63,447 nt of DNA. It comes from Candidatus Omnitrophota bacterium. Lineage in GTDB: Bacteria; Omnitrophota; Gorgyraeia; Gygaellales; JAHJCI01. The notes beneath the pieces were generated by a model, which was given only the letters and a program-made list of their open reading frames with translations, was not told the DNA's origin and did no database searches. The stretch lies in contig JAOZPD010000001.1 of NCBI GenBank assembly GCA_029932935.1, forward strand, positions 1 through 63,447, read 5' to 3'. This document shows positions 11,171-20,747 of the stretch, piece by piece. The first letter of the stretch is position 1. Every line of letters starts with the position of its first letter. The translations under genes were made by a program, and so were the position numbers.

Positions 11171-11737
11171 TTACCAGACGTCTACTACGCGATTAACAAT
11201 CCTACGAGACAAATCTTCAACCGCCGTTCTTATCGCTGTTGACTCTGAACCTTCTGTAAAATATGTTGTATCTCCAATAAAATTATCTTCTTTCCAGAGA
11301 GTAGTCTGATTTGAGGTATCATATAGTTTAATATTTACTACTATATCGATACGATACTCCTCAACATTCTTATTATCCGTTCCTGTATATCTCAAGGCTT
11401 CTCTACGGTAATCGATTAATTCACCACTCAAAATCAAATCTGCATCTTGTTCTTTAGCCAACCGCAAATTCCCATCCAGAATAAACCGATCGATCAGCCG
11501 ACGCGTTATATCGTTCTCTAGCAGAGGATGATATGTCTGATATCTTCGGGCTACTGATGTCTCTTCCGTAATATCTATCTTATTGACAAAGGGACGTACA
11601 TATATAGTCTTATAACTGCTAGTAATAAGAGAACGTGTGGTATAGCCACAACCCGCAATAATCACTGCAAACAGAAAATGATAAACAGTAAGTAAAAATA
11701 ACTTCGGTAATAATCTATCTTTTTGGGATATTCTCAT
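11171..11737 (-). CDS. lptE: LptE-like LPS-assembly lipoprotein
   Basis: 188 aa. Signal peptide ending in the lipobox-like IIAGCGY, followed by the YKTIYVRPFVN pattern seen in the LptE family. Synteny with holA supports the call. Confidence 0.55.
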   Translation of the reverse strand: MRISQKDRLLPKLFLLTVYHFLFAVIIAGCGYTTRSLITSSYKTIYVRPFVNKIDITEETSVARRYQTYHPLLENDITRRLIDRFILDGNLRLAKEQDADLILSGELIDYRREALRYTGTDNKNVEEYRIDIVVNIKLYDTSNQTTLWKEDNFIGDTTYFTEGSESTAIRTAVEDLSRRIVNRVVDVW

Positions 11738-12692
11738 CTTTCTGTTCTAATATCCGAAGACTGGAAAATGCCTTGGCCGCCCAAATAGTCTTAGGATAAT
11801 CAGTAATTACTGTATTATAATAAATCTCTGCCGCTTTATATGCCTTCTGCTTCTGATAAAAGACCGCTATATCATAATATCCCTTTGCTTCTCTCTCTCT
11901 CAGCTCGCGTATATTCTCTTCGGCTTCTCGAGATAACTCTGCATCGGGATGAGACAAAGCAAACTTCTCAAATCTTCTCTTAGCCTCACTAATCGCCTCC
12001 TGGTCGTAGTCTGAACTGGGAGAAATCTTTGCTCGGCAGGAGGCAATCTGGAATTCAGCTGCAGTAACCCATTCACTTTGAGGATAATTCTTAATCACCT
12101 TAGTAAACTCCTCTTCTGCTTCTATAAAACGATCCAAGTTCTTCAGAATTAACCCCAATTTATATTGAGCCTCGGCTGCTAAAGGTCCATATGTAGAATT
12201 CTCAATTACCTTACTAAAAATCTCAATTGCTGGATTCTCTACGGGTAAAGTAATACCCCATGCCTTCCTCTTATATCCCTGCATAAACCTCTCAGCAATA
12301 TTAAACTCCTTCTCAATAATCTCATTGATTCTAGAGGTAAATGGATATTTATCTAATACCTTCTGATAAGCAAGATACGCCTCATAAAGCCTCCCCTTTT
12401 TCTCCTTAATGGTTGCCAAGTAATACTGCGCTTCAGCAGCCTGACTACTTTTAGGGTAATATTTAAGTAATTTTTTGAATTCACGTTCAGCCTCTTTTAA
12501 CTTATCATCTTTATAAAAACCTAAAGCAAAATCCAACTGTTCAATAGGTGTAGGTTTAACCGCATATTTCGGATTAACCCATTTTCCAGTCTTGGGAGAC
12601 CAAATCCAGAAGGCAAAGGCATAATCAGTAACAATAAGGAGCATCAACATAGATAGAACAAAAGTCTTTTTCATAGCGACTAACTTTAACAT
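11715..12692 (-). CDS. bamD: BamD-like TPR outer-membrane assembly factor
   Basis: 325 aa. Signal peptide and repeated TPR-type AEAQYYLA / AEAQYKLG / YPQSEW / YPKTIW motifs as in BamD/YfiO. No lipobox Cys, so the assignment is tentative. Confidence 0.55.
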   Translation of the reverse strand: MLKLVAMKKTFVLSMLMLLIVTDYAFAFWIWSPKTGKWVNPKYAVKPTPIEQLDFALGFYKDDKLKEAEREFKKLLKYYPKSSQAAEAQYYLATIKEKKGRLYEAYLAYQKVLDKYPFTSRINEIIEKEFNIAERFMQGYKRKAWGITLPVENPAIEIFSKVIENSTYGPLAAEAQYKLGLILKNLDRFIEAEEEFTKVIKNYPQSEWVTAAEFQIASCRAKISPSSDYDQEAISEAKRRFEKFALSHPDAELSREAEENIRELREREAKGYYDIAVFYQKQKAYKAAEIYYNTVITDYPKTIWAAKAFSSLRILEQKDENIPKR

Positions 12693-12815
12693 AGATAAAC
12701 TGTTTTGTCAATAAATTCATCTTATCTATAAAAAAGATAGAATAATAATATCTCCCGCTAATATACTACATTACTCGACTACCGTTTGACAAACCAGAGT
12801 AGGGGATAGACATCC

Positions 12816-13721
12816 TTAATCCAGACGAGACAAACCAGCTTCATGAGCGATCCTAAGTGCTTCTATATACTCATCTTGAGTAATATTACGATCTATCTGA
12901 GCAAATTTATGGGCTAGTCCACAAGGACGATACTGATTCATTATATTAACATAAGTATGAGCTGATATATCTTGGGTAATAAAATTCATAATCTCTTTTG
13001 TACCCGCAAGTCCGTGTGGTAAAACCAGATGACGAACAAGTAAACCCTTATAAGCAATGCCTTCGATAATCTCTAAATCTCCTACTTGCTGATGCATTTT
13101 CTTTAATATTCGTTTTAGATTTGGAAAATAATCATCTATACCGCAGAAGATTTGAGAGACTTCTGAAGAAGAAAATTTCACATCTGGCATATAAATATCT
13201 ACTACCCCATTTAAAACATCAATTATCTCCTCTGACTCATACCCACCACAATTATAAACAAGGGGAATATTCAATCCTTGTTTTACCGCAATATATAGAC
13301 CCCTTAATATCTGCGGAATAAAATGGGTAGGGGTCACTAGATTTATATTATGGCAGCCTATACCCTGTAGGTAAAGCATATAAATAGAAAGCTGCTCTTC
13401 TGTTATAATCCTACCTGTTGCCCGGTGGCTAATCTCAAAATTCTGGCAGAATACACACTTAAGATTACAATGAGAAAAGAATATTGTACCTGAGCCAAAT
13501 TTACCTACAAGGCATGTTTCTTCTCCAAAATGAGCAAATGCCGAAGAAATGCGTAATTCTCTACCTGCCCCACAAAACCCTCTTTCACCTTTATTTCTAT
13601 TAACTTTACAATTGCGAGGGCAAAGAGAACAACAAAAAAGTACTTCATTCAAACGCTCAATCTTTGCCTCCAGACGACCATCTCTATATGTCTTTAGATA
13701 GTTAGGAATCACACTCCTCAT
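12816..13721 (-). CDS. radical SAM protein, PflX-like (pyruvate formate-lyase activase homolog)
   Basis: CSLCPRNCKVNRNKGERGFCG followed by GSGTIFFSHCNLKCVFCQN (CxxxCxxC). I trimmed the start to ATG 13721 because the longer ORF-track N-terminus overlaps the upstream zinc-ribbon ORF by about 95 nt. The start remains uncertain (no clear SD). Confidence 0.8.
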   Translation of the reverse strand: MRSVIPNYLKTYRDGRLEAKIERLNEVLFCCSLCPRNCKVNRNKGERGFCGAGRELRISSAFAHFGEETCLVGKFGSGTIFFSHCNLKCVFCQNFEISHRATGRIITEEQLSIYMLYLQGIGCHNINLVTPTHFIPQILRGLYIAVKQGLNIPLVYNCGGYESEEIIDVLNGVVDIYMPDVKFSSSEVSQIFCGIDDYFPNLKRILKKMHQQVGDLEIIEGIAYKGLLVRHLVLPHGLAGTKEIMNFITQDISAHTYVNIMNQYRPCGLAHKFAQIDRNITQDEYIEALRIAHEAGLSRLD

Positions 13722-13731
13722 AGAGAGAGTA

Positions 13732-13932
13732 TTAGAATAGAATTCTGTCTTCTTTGGACAGAGATACCTTTTTATCCCCCACGCTTTTACCACATTCGGT
13801 ACAGATATACTCATATAAATAGCCATCTGGTAAGATAAGAAGAAGTTTTTCTCTTACAGGCATTGAGCCTCCGCAATTATCACAGTAGAGTCTACTTGCA
13901 GTAAAATCTTTATATTGATAATTATCCTGCAT
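13732..13932 (-). CDS. small zinc-ribbon protein
   Basis: 66 aa with CDNC ... CTEC pairs. SD GAAGAGGGG lies 6 nt upstream of the ATG. Confidence 0.5.
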   Translation of the reverse strand: MQDNYQYKDFTASRLYCDNCGGSMPVREKLLLILPDGYLYEYICTECGKSVGDKKVSLSKEDRILF

Positions 13933-13950
13933 TTAAACCCCTCTTCAGAA

Positions 13951-14075
13951 AGGGACATCCTCCTTGCCAATCGAGGGACAGCCTCTGAATCAAACAGAAG
14001 GATGTCCCTCTTTTAGTCTAAAGATTCCCTAAGATTTAATGGGGACATCCTTATATTTAGCTCAGAAGATGTCCC
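13951..14075. repeat. GGGACATCC-core palindromic intergenic repeat cluster (locus 1)
   Basis: Copies at 13952-13960 (GGGACATCC), 13975-13983 (GGGACAGCC), 14000-14008 (GGATGTCCC, inverted), 14042-14050 (GGGACATCC) and 14067-14075 (AGATGTCCC, inverted). There is an 11-bp perfect inverted repeat (IR) between 13951-13961 and 13999-14009, and an 8-bp IR between 14042-14049 and 14068-14075 that spans the nfi stop codon. Confidence 0.65.
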
Positions 14076-14737
14076 TTAGTAATTTCAGCAAGTTGATGAG
14101 CACATCTTATTGGCTGAGGTATTCTGTATTTAGGACAAAACTCAAGCACCAGTTTCATTGCTTGCTTAAGTGAAACCTTATATCCACAAGAAACAAATAA
14201 TGGCCTGATATTTATCCGTGTACGCAGAACAACGCCCAATATCTCACCTGTACTTCTATCATAGATAAAAGAATAAGCCCCTTTCTTGCTTTCCGGCATT
14301 TTATATACTCCATATAAATGGCTCTTAGCGCAACCTATAGTTGGTATATTCATAAAAATCCCCATATGAGTAGCGATTCCCATACGACGGGGATGACATA
14401 TTCCCTGCCCATCAAAAATAACCAGATCGGGTTTATTCTTCAGTCTCTGAAAAGCCCTTAGGACAACCGGACCCTCACGAAAGGTAAGCAGTCCAGGAAC
14501 ATAAGGAAAAGAGACCCTGCTTCTTGCATAAACTGTCTCTATTAAATTTAATCCCGGATATTCCAGAACGCATATAGCGCATATTGCCCAGATATCAAAA
14601 AACGCGACATCCACTCCGGCAACCCTGTGTATTTTAGCCAGATTATTATCCAGTATAATATTTCTTCTCAAATTATTCTGTATATGAATGGCCTGTTGAA
14701 TATCCACTCTCCAGGAATGAAGATTCTTATACATCAT
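14057..14737 (-). CDS. nfi: endonuclease V (deoxyinosine 3' endonuclease)
   Basis: VAGVDVAF, PYVPGLLTFREGP and FDGQGICHPRRMGIATHMG motifs. Start trimmed to the first ATG (MMYKNLHSW...); the ORF-track start is TTG. Confidence 0.88.
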   Translation of the reverse strand: MMYKNLHSWRVDIQQAIHIQNNLRRNIILDNNLAKIHRVAGVDVAFFDIWAICAICVLEYPGLNLIETVYARSRVSFPYVPGLLTFREGPVVLRAFQRLKNKPDLVIFDGQGICHPRRMGIATHMGIFMNIPTIGCAKSHLYGVYKMPESKKGAYSFIYDRSTGEILGVVLRTRINIRPLFVSCGYKVSLKQAMKLVLEFCPKYRIPQPIRCAHQLAEITKGHLLS

Positions 14738-14867
14738 ACAATGATCCAATTAAGTTATTTTGATATCCGTTCAATTAATGAATGAAATATAAGGAAAGCT
14801 CAATATCTTTAATAACCACGAGGAATTAATGCGGTTCGATAATTCATTTTATAAGTAAGCTATTTTG

Positions 14868-16523
14868 TTAAGGAAAATTAATAAAGAAACTCCCCCCCGC
14901 CTCATATACTACTACAAGTTTTGGGCGCTGAGAAACAGTGGAATTGTCTGAAGAACGAAGAAAATGACTACCATCATAACTGGATACAATCAAAGCAATG
15001 CCATAATTTTCGTTACTCGTACCAAACCAATCTTCAACGGCAGAAGGGGATAAAGAAAACCGGACCTCCTCGCCTGTTACAGGATTATTTACTATCGCCG
15101 TTCCGATATTCACACCTTGAGTATCATTATCCCAATTGAATCCATCAGTCTGATCATCGTAATCCCAATATGTTGTATTATAAGCCTTATATAACCGACA
15201 ACTCTCTCCCGTACCTGCAGTAGCACCATTCTTAGTTCCCTCCGTCCAATCCCCATTTGCTGAACTAACCTCACGTACATACCATGTCCTGTCATTGCCA
15301 CTTGTACTTCTATCGCTGTTATACCACAAACTTAATGTAGCTGAATTACACTTCGCCGAATCAGGAATAGAAGAAAGATCAAATTCGATTAGAATAACCC
15401 TTTGTGTATTACCATATCCCATTAAGGTAGTACTTATCCCATAATTCGCTATGGTTCCCTGAAAGCCTAAATAATTATCCTTTCCATCCGCTGCATTTGG
15501 CTGTGTTTCGAATGTGGGATCTATATAGATAGGATATACTGCATTATCCAGCCATATCTTAGGTACGCAAACAGAAACATATACTCTATTTCCCTTCTTG
15601 TTTAAATAATATGAAGAATGGCTATAAAGATCAGAGCGGTTCCGACCAAGACCACCTGAGGAATCATGAAATTCTGGAGACTGCCAGTAAAAAAGCACCT
15701 TTCCGTCCTTTACAAAAGAGATATCGCCTCTAACCACTAACCCCTCCTGGACAGAATCATTCCATCTTCTCCTGCCTACAAAAAGCTCTATTCCATCGCT
15801 GTATTCAAAAGAGAAGCTTAATTCAAGCTGTACATCTTTACTGGAAGCAAATCTTTTGGGTGAGGGCAAATCTGATTTTGAATGGACTATAAGTTCTTTC
15901 ACTATTCTCTCTGGGACAACAAGATATCTCATATCAATACCAGACCCATAACCATCTGTATAATATACTATATTGTCTCTCACTACCGCCTTTCTACCGT
16001 GAGGCATAGAGATAACCTCCTGCTGTCCATATTTATTCACCCATTTAAGGGAAGCAGGCTGAACAGTAACCCATTCATTACCATATTCGTATTTTAAGAC
16101 TGGGCCCTCATTAAATAGCTCTCTGAAATACACATGCCATGAATTATTCACCATTTGATAATCCCATCCCAACTCTCCATCGCTTAAAACCCTCGTATCA
16201 ATCTCTCTCCAATTACCTTTGGCATCCTGATAGTGCACAGGACTAATGCTAGCAACAAAGGTGTATGAACCGTCGGGATTTAAAAAGGTTTTTGAGCATC
16301 TAGTACGCTTTTCTATAATCTCCTGCTTACTGCCTAAATCTATACCTGATAAGAGTGCTGTTCCTGCGTTTGTCAAAATAATATCCTGGGCATAACAATA
16401 AGAAAAATAAGAAGGCCCTATCCAATAGATACAAAATATGAGAAGCCATAAACAGAAACTAGAGGCTCTATATTTCCTCTTTAATATTAAACTCCAGTTA
16501 AAAAAATCTCCCTTTCTTCTCAT
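14868..16523 (-). CDS. secreted protein with C-terminal DNRLRE-like domain
   Basis: SD AAGGAGG sits 8 nt before ATG 16523, and the product starts MRRKGDFF... with a hydrophobic signal-like segment. The N-terminal KRTRCSKTFLNPDGSYTF...VHYQDAKGNWREIDT pattern and the C-terminal ADGKDNYL...RVILIEFDLSSIP...ATLSLWY block resemble DNRLRE-domain secreted proteins. From memory only. Confidence 0.5.
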   Translation of the reverse strand: MRRKGDFFNWSLILKRKYRASSFCLWLLIFCIYWIGPSYFSYCYAQDIILTNAGTALLSGIDLGSKQEIIEKRTRCSKTFLNPDGSYTFVASISPVHYQDAKGNWREIDTRVLSDGELGWDYQMVNNSWHVYFRELFNEGPVLKYEYGNEWVTVQPASLKWVNKYGQQEVISMPHGRKAVVRDNIVYYTDGYGSGIDMRYLVVPERIVKELIVHSKSDLPSPKRFASSKDVQLELSFSFEYSDGIELFVGRRRWNDSVQEGLVVRGDISFVKDGKVLFYWQSPEFHDSSGGLGRNRSDLYSHSSYYLNKKGNRVYVSVCVPKIWLDNAVYPIYIDPTFETQPNAADGKDNYLGFQGTIANYGISTTLMGYGNTQRVILIEFDLSSIPDSAKCNSATLSLWYNSDRSTSGNDRTWYVREVSSANGDWTEGTKNGATAGTGESCRLYKAYNTTYWDYDDQTDGFNWDNDTQGVNIGTAIVNNPVTGEEVRFSLSPSAVEDWFGTSNENYGIALIVSSYDGSHFLRSSDNSTVSQRPKLVVVYEAGGSFFINFP

Positions 16524-16579
16524 TATTATTGCCTCCTTACCATACATCGTCCAGGCCAATCCACTTGATTATTAAAAGG

Positions 16580-17212
16580 TTAAAAATCAAATTGCTGGGC
16601 TATACCATCATAGGTAGAATCTACAGAATTATATATAAAACCAAAGTAATCGGTCCTATTCGCCGTAGTAGTCAATGTAGGAGCTGTACCACCTGACCAT
16701 CTAACACTGGCTGGCCAAGTAATTGTACGTGAACCACTACCATCCTGTTTGACAATTAAAGTATATTTCCTGCCAGATATCCCATTACTAAATGTAAGTG
16801 TACAATTAGCCGTTAGAGTAATATGCTGTGTATTTCCATTATTCCAATCTATAGTCTGAGAACTACCTGAGCTACCTATTACATATATATCTGAACCAAA
16901 TTGCCCACCGTTAATATTAACATTACCCCCTTGAAATGTAGCTGCATAATAAGTACCAGTGGTAACCCCACTAACATCCACCTCTAAACCTGTGATGGTA
17001 CCTGTATTTGTTCCACTCTCATCAATATCTATAGAGAGACCGGTGACTGTATCAGAATTATTGGTAAGGTCTCTATTTACCGTAAGCTCGCTATAACTGC
17101 CGTAGGGTGAGGGATAATAGGTGGTAATGGTGATTGATTCTTCGCTTTGAGCAAAACAAAAACCTGCTATCAAAAATAAAATAAAACTGATTAAAATGAT
17201 GCTCTTACGCAT
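16580..17212 (-). CDS. secreted Thr/Gly/Ser-rich protein of unknown function
   Basis: 210 aa. Signal peptide MRKSIILISFILFLIAGFCFAQ, mature N-terminus SEESITITTYYPSPYGSYSELTV, and C-terminal TITWPASVRWSGGTAPTLTT. Strong SD AAAGGAGGT and its own promoter. Confidence 0.6.
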   Translation of the reverse strand: MRKSIILISFILFLIAGFCFAQSEESITITTYYPSPYGSYSELTVNRDLTNNSDTVTGLSIDIDESGTNTGTITGLEVDVSGVTTGTYYAATFQGGNVNINGGQFGSDIYVIGSSGSSQTIDWNNGNTQHITLTANCTLTFSNGISGRKYTLIVKQDGSGSRTITWPASVRWSGGTAPTLTTTANRTDYFGFIYNSVDSTYDGIAQQFDF

Positions 17213-17283
17213 ATCCTATACCTCCTTTTTCTTTCCTTAAAAAGAGTTTTATCGTCGAATTAATATTCTTCGTCTTTACAATT

Positions 17284-17312
17284 ATTTTAATATGAAGGGC
17301 TATCCACGTCAA
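17284..17312 (-). promoter_or_regulatory. sigma70-like promoter (TTGACG-N17-TAAAAT) for the 210-aa secreted protein gene
   Basis: Read on the minus strand: TTGACG (17312..17307), a 17-nt spacer, and TAAAAT (17289..17284). It lies about 70 nt upstream of ATG 17212. Confidence 0.45.
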
Positions 17313-17322
17313 GACGTTTATT

Positions 17323-18765
17323 TCACAAATAAAAATAGGCCCCTGGAAATCTACTAAAAAGTCTTATTATTTGGATCAAAAAGACAAGGGCCAGCTCTGC
17401 TGGTAGAGCAAAAATAGAACTCAAGAAAGGAAAGGTTAGCCCTATAACCAACAAACTGAAACCTGAAGCAATAACCAAAGATAGATACGGTATAACTACA
17501 ATATTTGTCAATATACCCACAGGGGATACGATTCTGAAATAATATGCGATTAAAAACGAAGTCCCCAACCAGGCTCCGACGGAAATACTTAATGCATTGA
17601 TACCAAAATGCAGGATATTTGTAAAGACACGAGGTACTCTTCTATGCGTTATCATCAATGCATTCAACAATCTGTTAATTATAGGCGATAGATAAATTAT
17701 TGAAATTACACTAATAAAGGAAAGCTGAAATCCAACATCAAACAATTGCCGTGGGTTTACCATTAAGATTATCATTCCTGACAAAGCAATAGAATTTGAT
17801 ATTCTTATCTCTCTTTTTAATAAGGACCCGATTAATAAGATATCTGCCATTATGGCTGCCCGTACAACAGAAGGACGTATACCTACCAAGAAGCAATAAA
17901 ATAGCAACAGAAAGATAATTATAGAATATCGAATGCCGCGGTTTAATCCTATGAATCTAAATAATATATCCAGCATAAAAGCGATAATGCCTACATGCAA
18001 ACCACTAATTGCCAGAATATGCATGGTTCCAGTCTGAATAAATAAACGCCTCAATTGAGACGGTATCCTGCCACGTTCACCCAAAACCATTGCGGATAAT
18101 ACACCTGCCCGTGTTGATTTAAGGTTTCTAAATAAAATATCTGAGAGCTTGCTCCTAACCCTGTAGGTAAGATATCTTAAGTAACTTACTCCGTTCTTTC
18201 CTTTTAATCTCCTGATTCTCTTATTTTTACTTACTGTAAGAATAGAATATATCCCTTGGTTCTCCAGATAATTACAATATGATAAATTTTTGTTCTTTAT
18301 TCGATATGGTCTATAGAGTCTCCCTTCCAGAATCAAACAATCAGCATAAGAAATATCCTCCGCCCTGAACACCTTAACCATTACCTTACCACATACACGA
18401 TAGACTCTCTCAGCCCATATAAGTTTTTGTACACTCAAGATAAAACTGCTAAAATTAGATATTTTACAGGGAGAATTTATAACTACTCCTTGGAGAATTA
18501 CCGGCTCAGATTTATAAAAGGTGAAGTTACGTATATGGGGATAAGGCAAAATATAGGTGTTAGACAAAAATATTGCTCCTAAAGAGACTGCCAAGATAAG
18601 GAAAGAATAAATGGCTTTCTCCAGCTTAATAAATATAAAGCTAATGACCAGCAATAACCATGTGGATGCATACAAAAATAAGACAGATATATGTATCAAT
18701 TTTGCCAAATATATTCCCAGACAATAACAGATGGTAAATAGTGACAGGAAATTTATCCTATTCAA
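17323..18765 (-). CDS. comEC: ComEC/Rec2 DNA internalization channel (no metallo-beta-lactamase domain)
   Basis: 480 aa polytopic protein with the competence-domain motif TGTMHILAISGLHVGIIAF. It overlaps comEA by 8 nt. Confidence 0.85.
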   Translation of the reverse strand: MNRINFLSLFTICYCLGIYLAKLIHISVLFLYASTWLLLVISFIFIKLEKAIYSFLILAVSLGAIFLSNTYILPYPHIRNFTFYKSEPVILQGVVINSPCKISNFSSFILSVQKLIWAERVYRVCGKVMVKVFRAEDISYADCLILEGRLYRPYRIKNKNLSYCNYLENQGIYSILTVSKNKRIRRLKGKNGVSYLRYLTYRVRSKLSDILFRNLKSTRAGVLSAMVLGERGRIPSQLRRLFIQTGTMHILAISGLHVGIIAFMLDILFRFIGLNRGIRYSIIIFLLLFYCFLVGIRPSVVRAAIMADILLIGSLLKREIRISNSIALSGMIILMVNPRQLFDVGFQLSFISVISIIYLSPIINRLLNALMITHRRVPRVFTNILHFGINALSISVGAWLGTSFLIAYYFRIVSPVGILTNIVVIPYLSLVIASGFSLLVIGLTFPFLSSIFALPAELALVFLIQIIRLFSRFPGAYFYL

Positions 18766-19078
18766 CTGTAAAATAATCCTTTATCTTCCTATATTTATAG
18801 TCCCCGATGCCCTTAATATTCTTTAATTCAACAATATCAAAAAATCTGCCATTATCCTGACGATATTCGATTATTCTCTGAGCTAATTTCTCGCCTATCC
18901 CAATAAGGCAAATAAGCTCTTCCTTATTCGCCTGATTAATATTAATCTTTCCAAAGTCCTGATTGATATAATCGATAATTCTAATCTGAGAATAATGTTT
19001 AGAGAGTAAATTAGCACCTAAACCGAGCAAGGCAACCGTAATCAAGAATAATATAACCATCCTCTCCTGATATGTCAT
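18758..19078 (-). CDS. comEA: ComEA-like helix-hairpin-helix DNA receptor
   Basis: 106 aa. N-terminal TM segment, then ININQANKEELICLIGIGEKLAQRIIEYRQDNGRF...LKNIKGIG (tandem HhH). Confidence 0.85.
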   Translation of the reverse strand: MTYQERMVILFLITVALLGLGANLLSKHYSQIRIIDYINQDFGKININQANKEELICLIGIGEKLAQRIIEYRQDNGRFFDIVELKNIKGIGDYKYRKIKDYFTVE

Positions 19079-19223
19079 AACAGAAGGAGTTTTAAATTTT
19101 TAGAATAAAATGGTATAACTGTCTATATCTCTATAATAATTGACGAAAGGAATGGCAGGATCTCACTGAAGTTTATTTAATATATAATGTGGGTCATAGA
19201 GGGGATATAACTTTATCAAAAAA

Positions 19224-20747
19224 TTAACTTCTAATTATTGCAAGATTATTCCTACACGCTCTCAACAGGAAATCTACAGTAAAGTCTTCGCAGAATCTCA
19301 CTCTATCTTCTCTTGGTTTGGCCTCTAATAACCTGATGGCATTATTAAATTCCCTTGCTGCCCTGTTAAACATCCTTTGACACAAATATATATTACCTAA
19401 ATTGAAATAGGCAAGAATTATCTCCGGATCAATATATATGACCTTTCTAAATTGAATCTCAGCTTCTTTAAAATTACTTATTTTATACGACAATACACCA
19501 AGCAGATAATATGCTTCAATATATAAACTATCCATCTCTATTATTCTTTTGAGTATATCAATTGCGTCTTTATATCTTGCTTGATTGGCCAGAATAGTAG
19601 CCTTACCAAAATAAGCCTGCGTATGATTCTTATTCTGTCTTATGATCCTATCAAAACATAAGATAGCTCCTTCATAATCTTTTTCTTTTAAAAGCCTTGT
19701 GGCTTCTTTGTAAAGCAATATCCATTCTTTTCTACCGATACGCCCTCTATCAACGTCGTTATCAGACTGTCCTCGCCCGGACCATTCGCACTTAGAAATA
19801 GCATCTCTTTTCAATGGTCCCTCATTGAAAGAAAGGGCGCTAAATTCAAACTCTGGTACACCTACAAATGGCCTTATAGAAGTATTATCAACAGGAGAGG
19901 ACGCCTTTTTATAAACAATTGTCTGCGGTAGCTCTTTTATCTCAAATTTAGTAGTTATCTGCCATAAGGTCTCTGCATGCCCTAAGAAAAGATAGCCCCC
20001 CGGGGCAAGACAATCATAGAAATTATCTATTATTCTCTTTGTGGTGGGAAGGTCAAAATATATGGTCACATTCCTGCAGAATATAATATCCAAATCATGC
20101 ATTCCCTGTAAATTAAAAGAGTCTCTTGCTAAATTATGATACTCAAATCTAACCAATCCTCTCACCTTATTATTTAATACATATCTTATTCCTTTGCGCT
20201 GGAAATATTTATTAAGATACACCCTGGGTAACTGTGCTACATCTCTCTGAGTATAACTTGCCTCTCTTGCATAAGCTAACGCCTCACTGTTTATATCCGT
20301 GCCCAATATAGATATATTCCAGTTTTCAAATAAAGGCAGAACTTCTATAATAGCGATGGCAACCGAATATGGCTCATCGCCCTTAGAACAACCTGCTGAC
20401 CATATTCGTATACATCGCTGTGAGGAATACATTTTATTCTGAATTATTTCTGGTAAGATTGTATCTATCAAAGCATCGAACTGAGGCCTATTTCTAAAGA
20501 AATATGTCTCGCCTATTGTAATTAAATTCAGGAGTCTGACCAACTCAAATCGTCCTTCAGGCTGACGTTGCAGTAAAGTATAATACTCCTGGTAAGAATT
20601 ATACTGCAACTCCTGCAAACGCCTCCATAAGGCGAGATGTAAGAGCTGAGCCCTATCTTTATCGAAATAAAGCCCGCTTTCCTCGATAAGAAAACTCTGA
20701 AAAAGAGCGAAATCCTTCTCTGACAAAGGTAATACTTCCTCTTTCAT
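19224..20747 (-). CDS. cheR: CheR-type MCP methyltransferase with C-terminal TPR repeats
   Basis: 507 aa. ETYFFRN, IWSAGCSKGDEPYS and IIFCRNVTIYFD motifs, then TPR-like repeats (AYFGKA..., YYLLGVL..., AYFNLGNIY). Confidence 0.9.
   Translation of the reverse strand: MKEEVLPLSEKDFALFQSFLIEESGLYFDKDRAQLLHLALWRRLQELQYNSYQEYYTLLQRQPEGRFELVRLLNLITIGETYFFRNRPQFDALIDTILPEIIQNKMYSSQRCIRIWSAGCSKGDEPYSVAIAIIEVLPLFENWNISILGTDINSEALAYAREASYTQRDVAQLPRVYLNKYFQRKGIRYVLNNKVRGLVRFEYHNLARDSFNLQGMHDLDIIFCRNVTIYFDLPTTKRIIDNFYDCLAPGGYLFLGHAETLWQITTKFEIKELPQTIVYKKASSPVDNTSIRPFVGVPEFEFSALSFNEGPLKRDAISKCEWSGRGQSDNDVDRGRIGRKEWILLYKEATRLLKEKDYEGAILCFDRIIRQNKNHTQAYFGKATILANQARYKDAIDILKRIIEMDSLYIEAYYLLGVLSYKISNFKEAEIQFRKVIYIDPEIILAYFNLGNIYLCQRMFNRAAREFNNAIRLLEAKPREDRVRFCEDFTVDFLLRACRNNLAIIRS

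Noticed and set aside
13951-14075. The GGGACATCC repeats (here and at 58275-58401) as a mini CRISPR array.
   Set aside because: Only two direct copies lie at 23-nt spacing. The other copies are inverted and form palindromes, the repeat is 9-14 nt long, and no cas genes are present. They fit a REP-like or regulatory element, not CRISPR.
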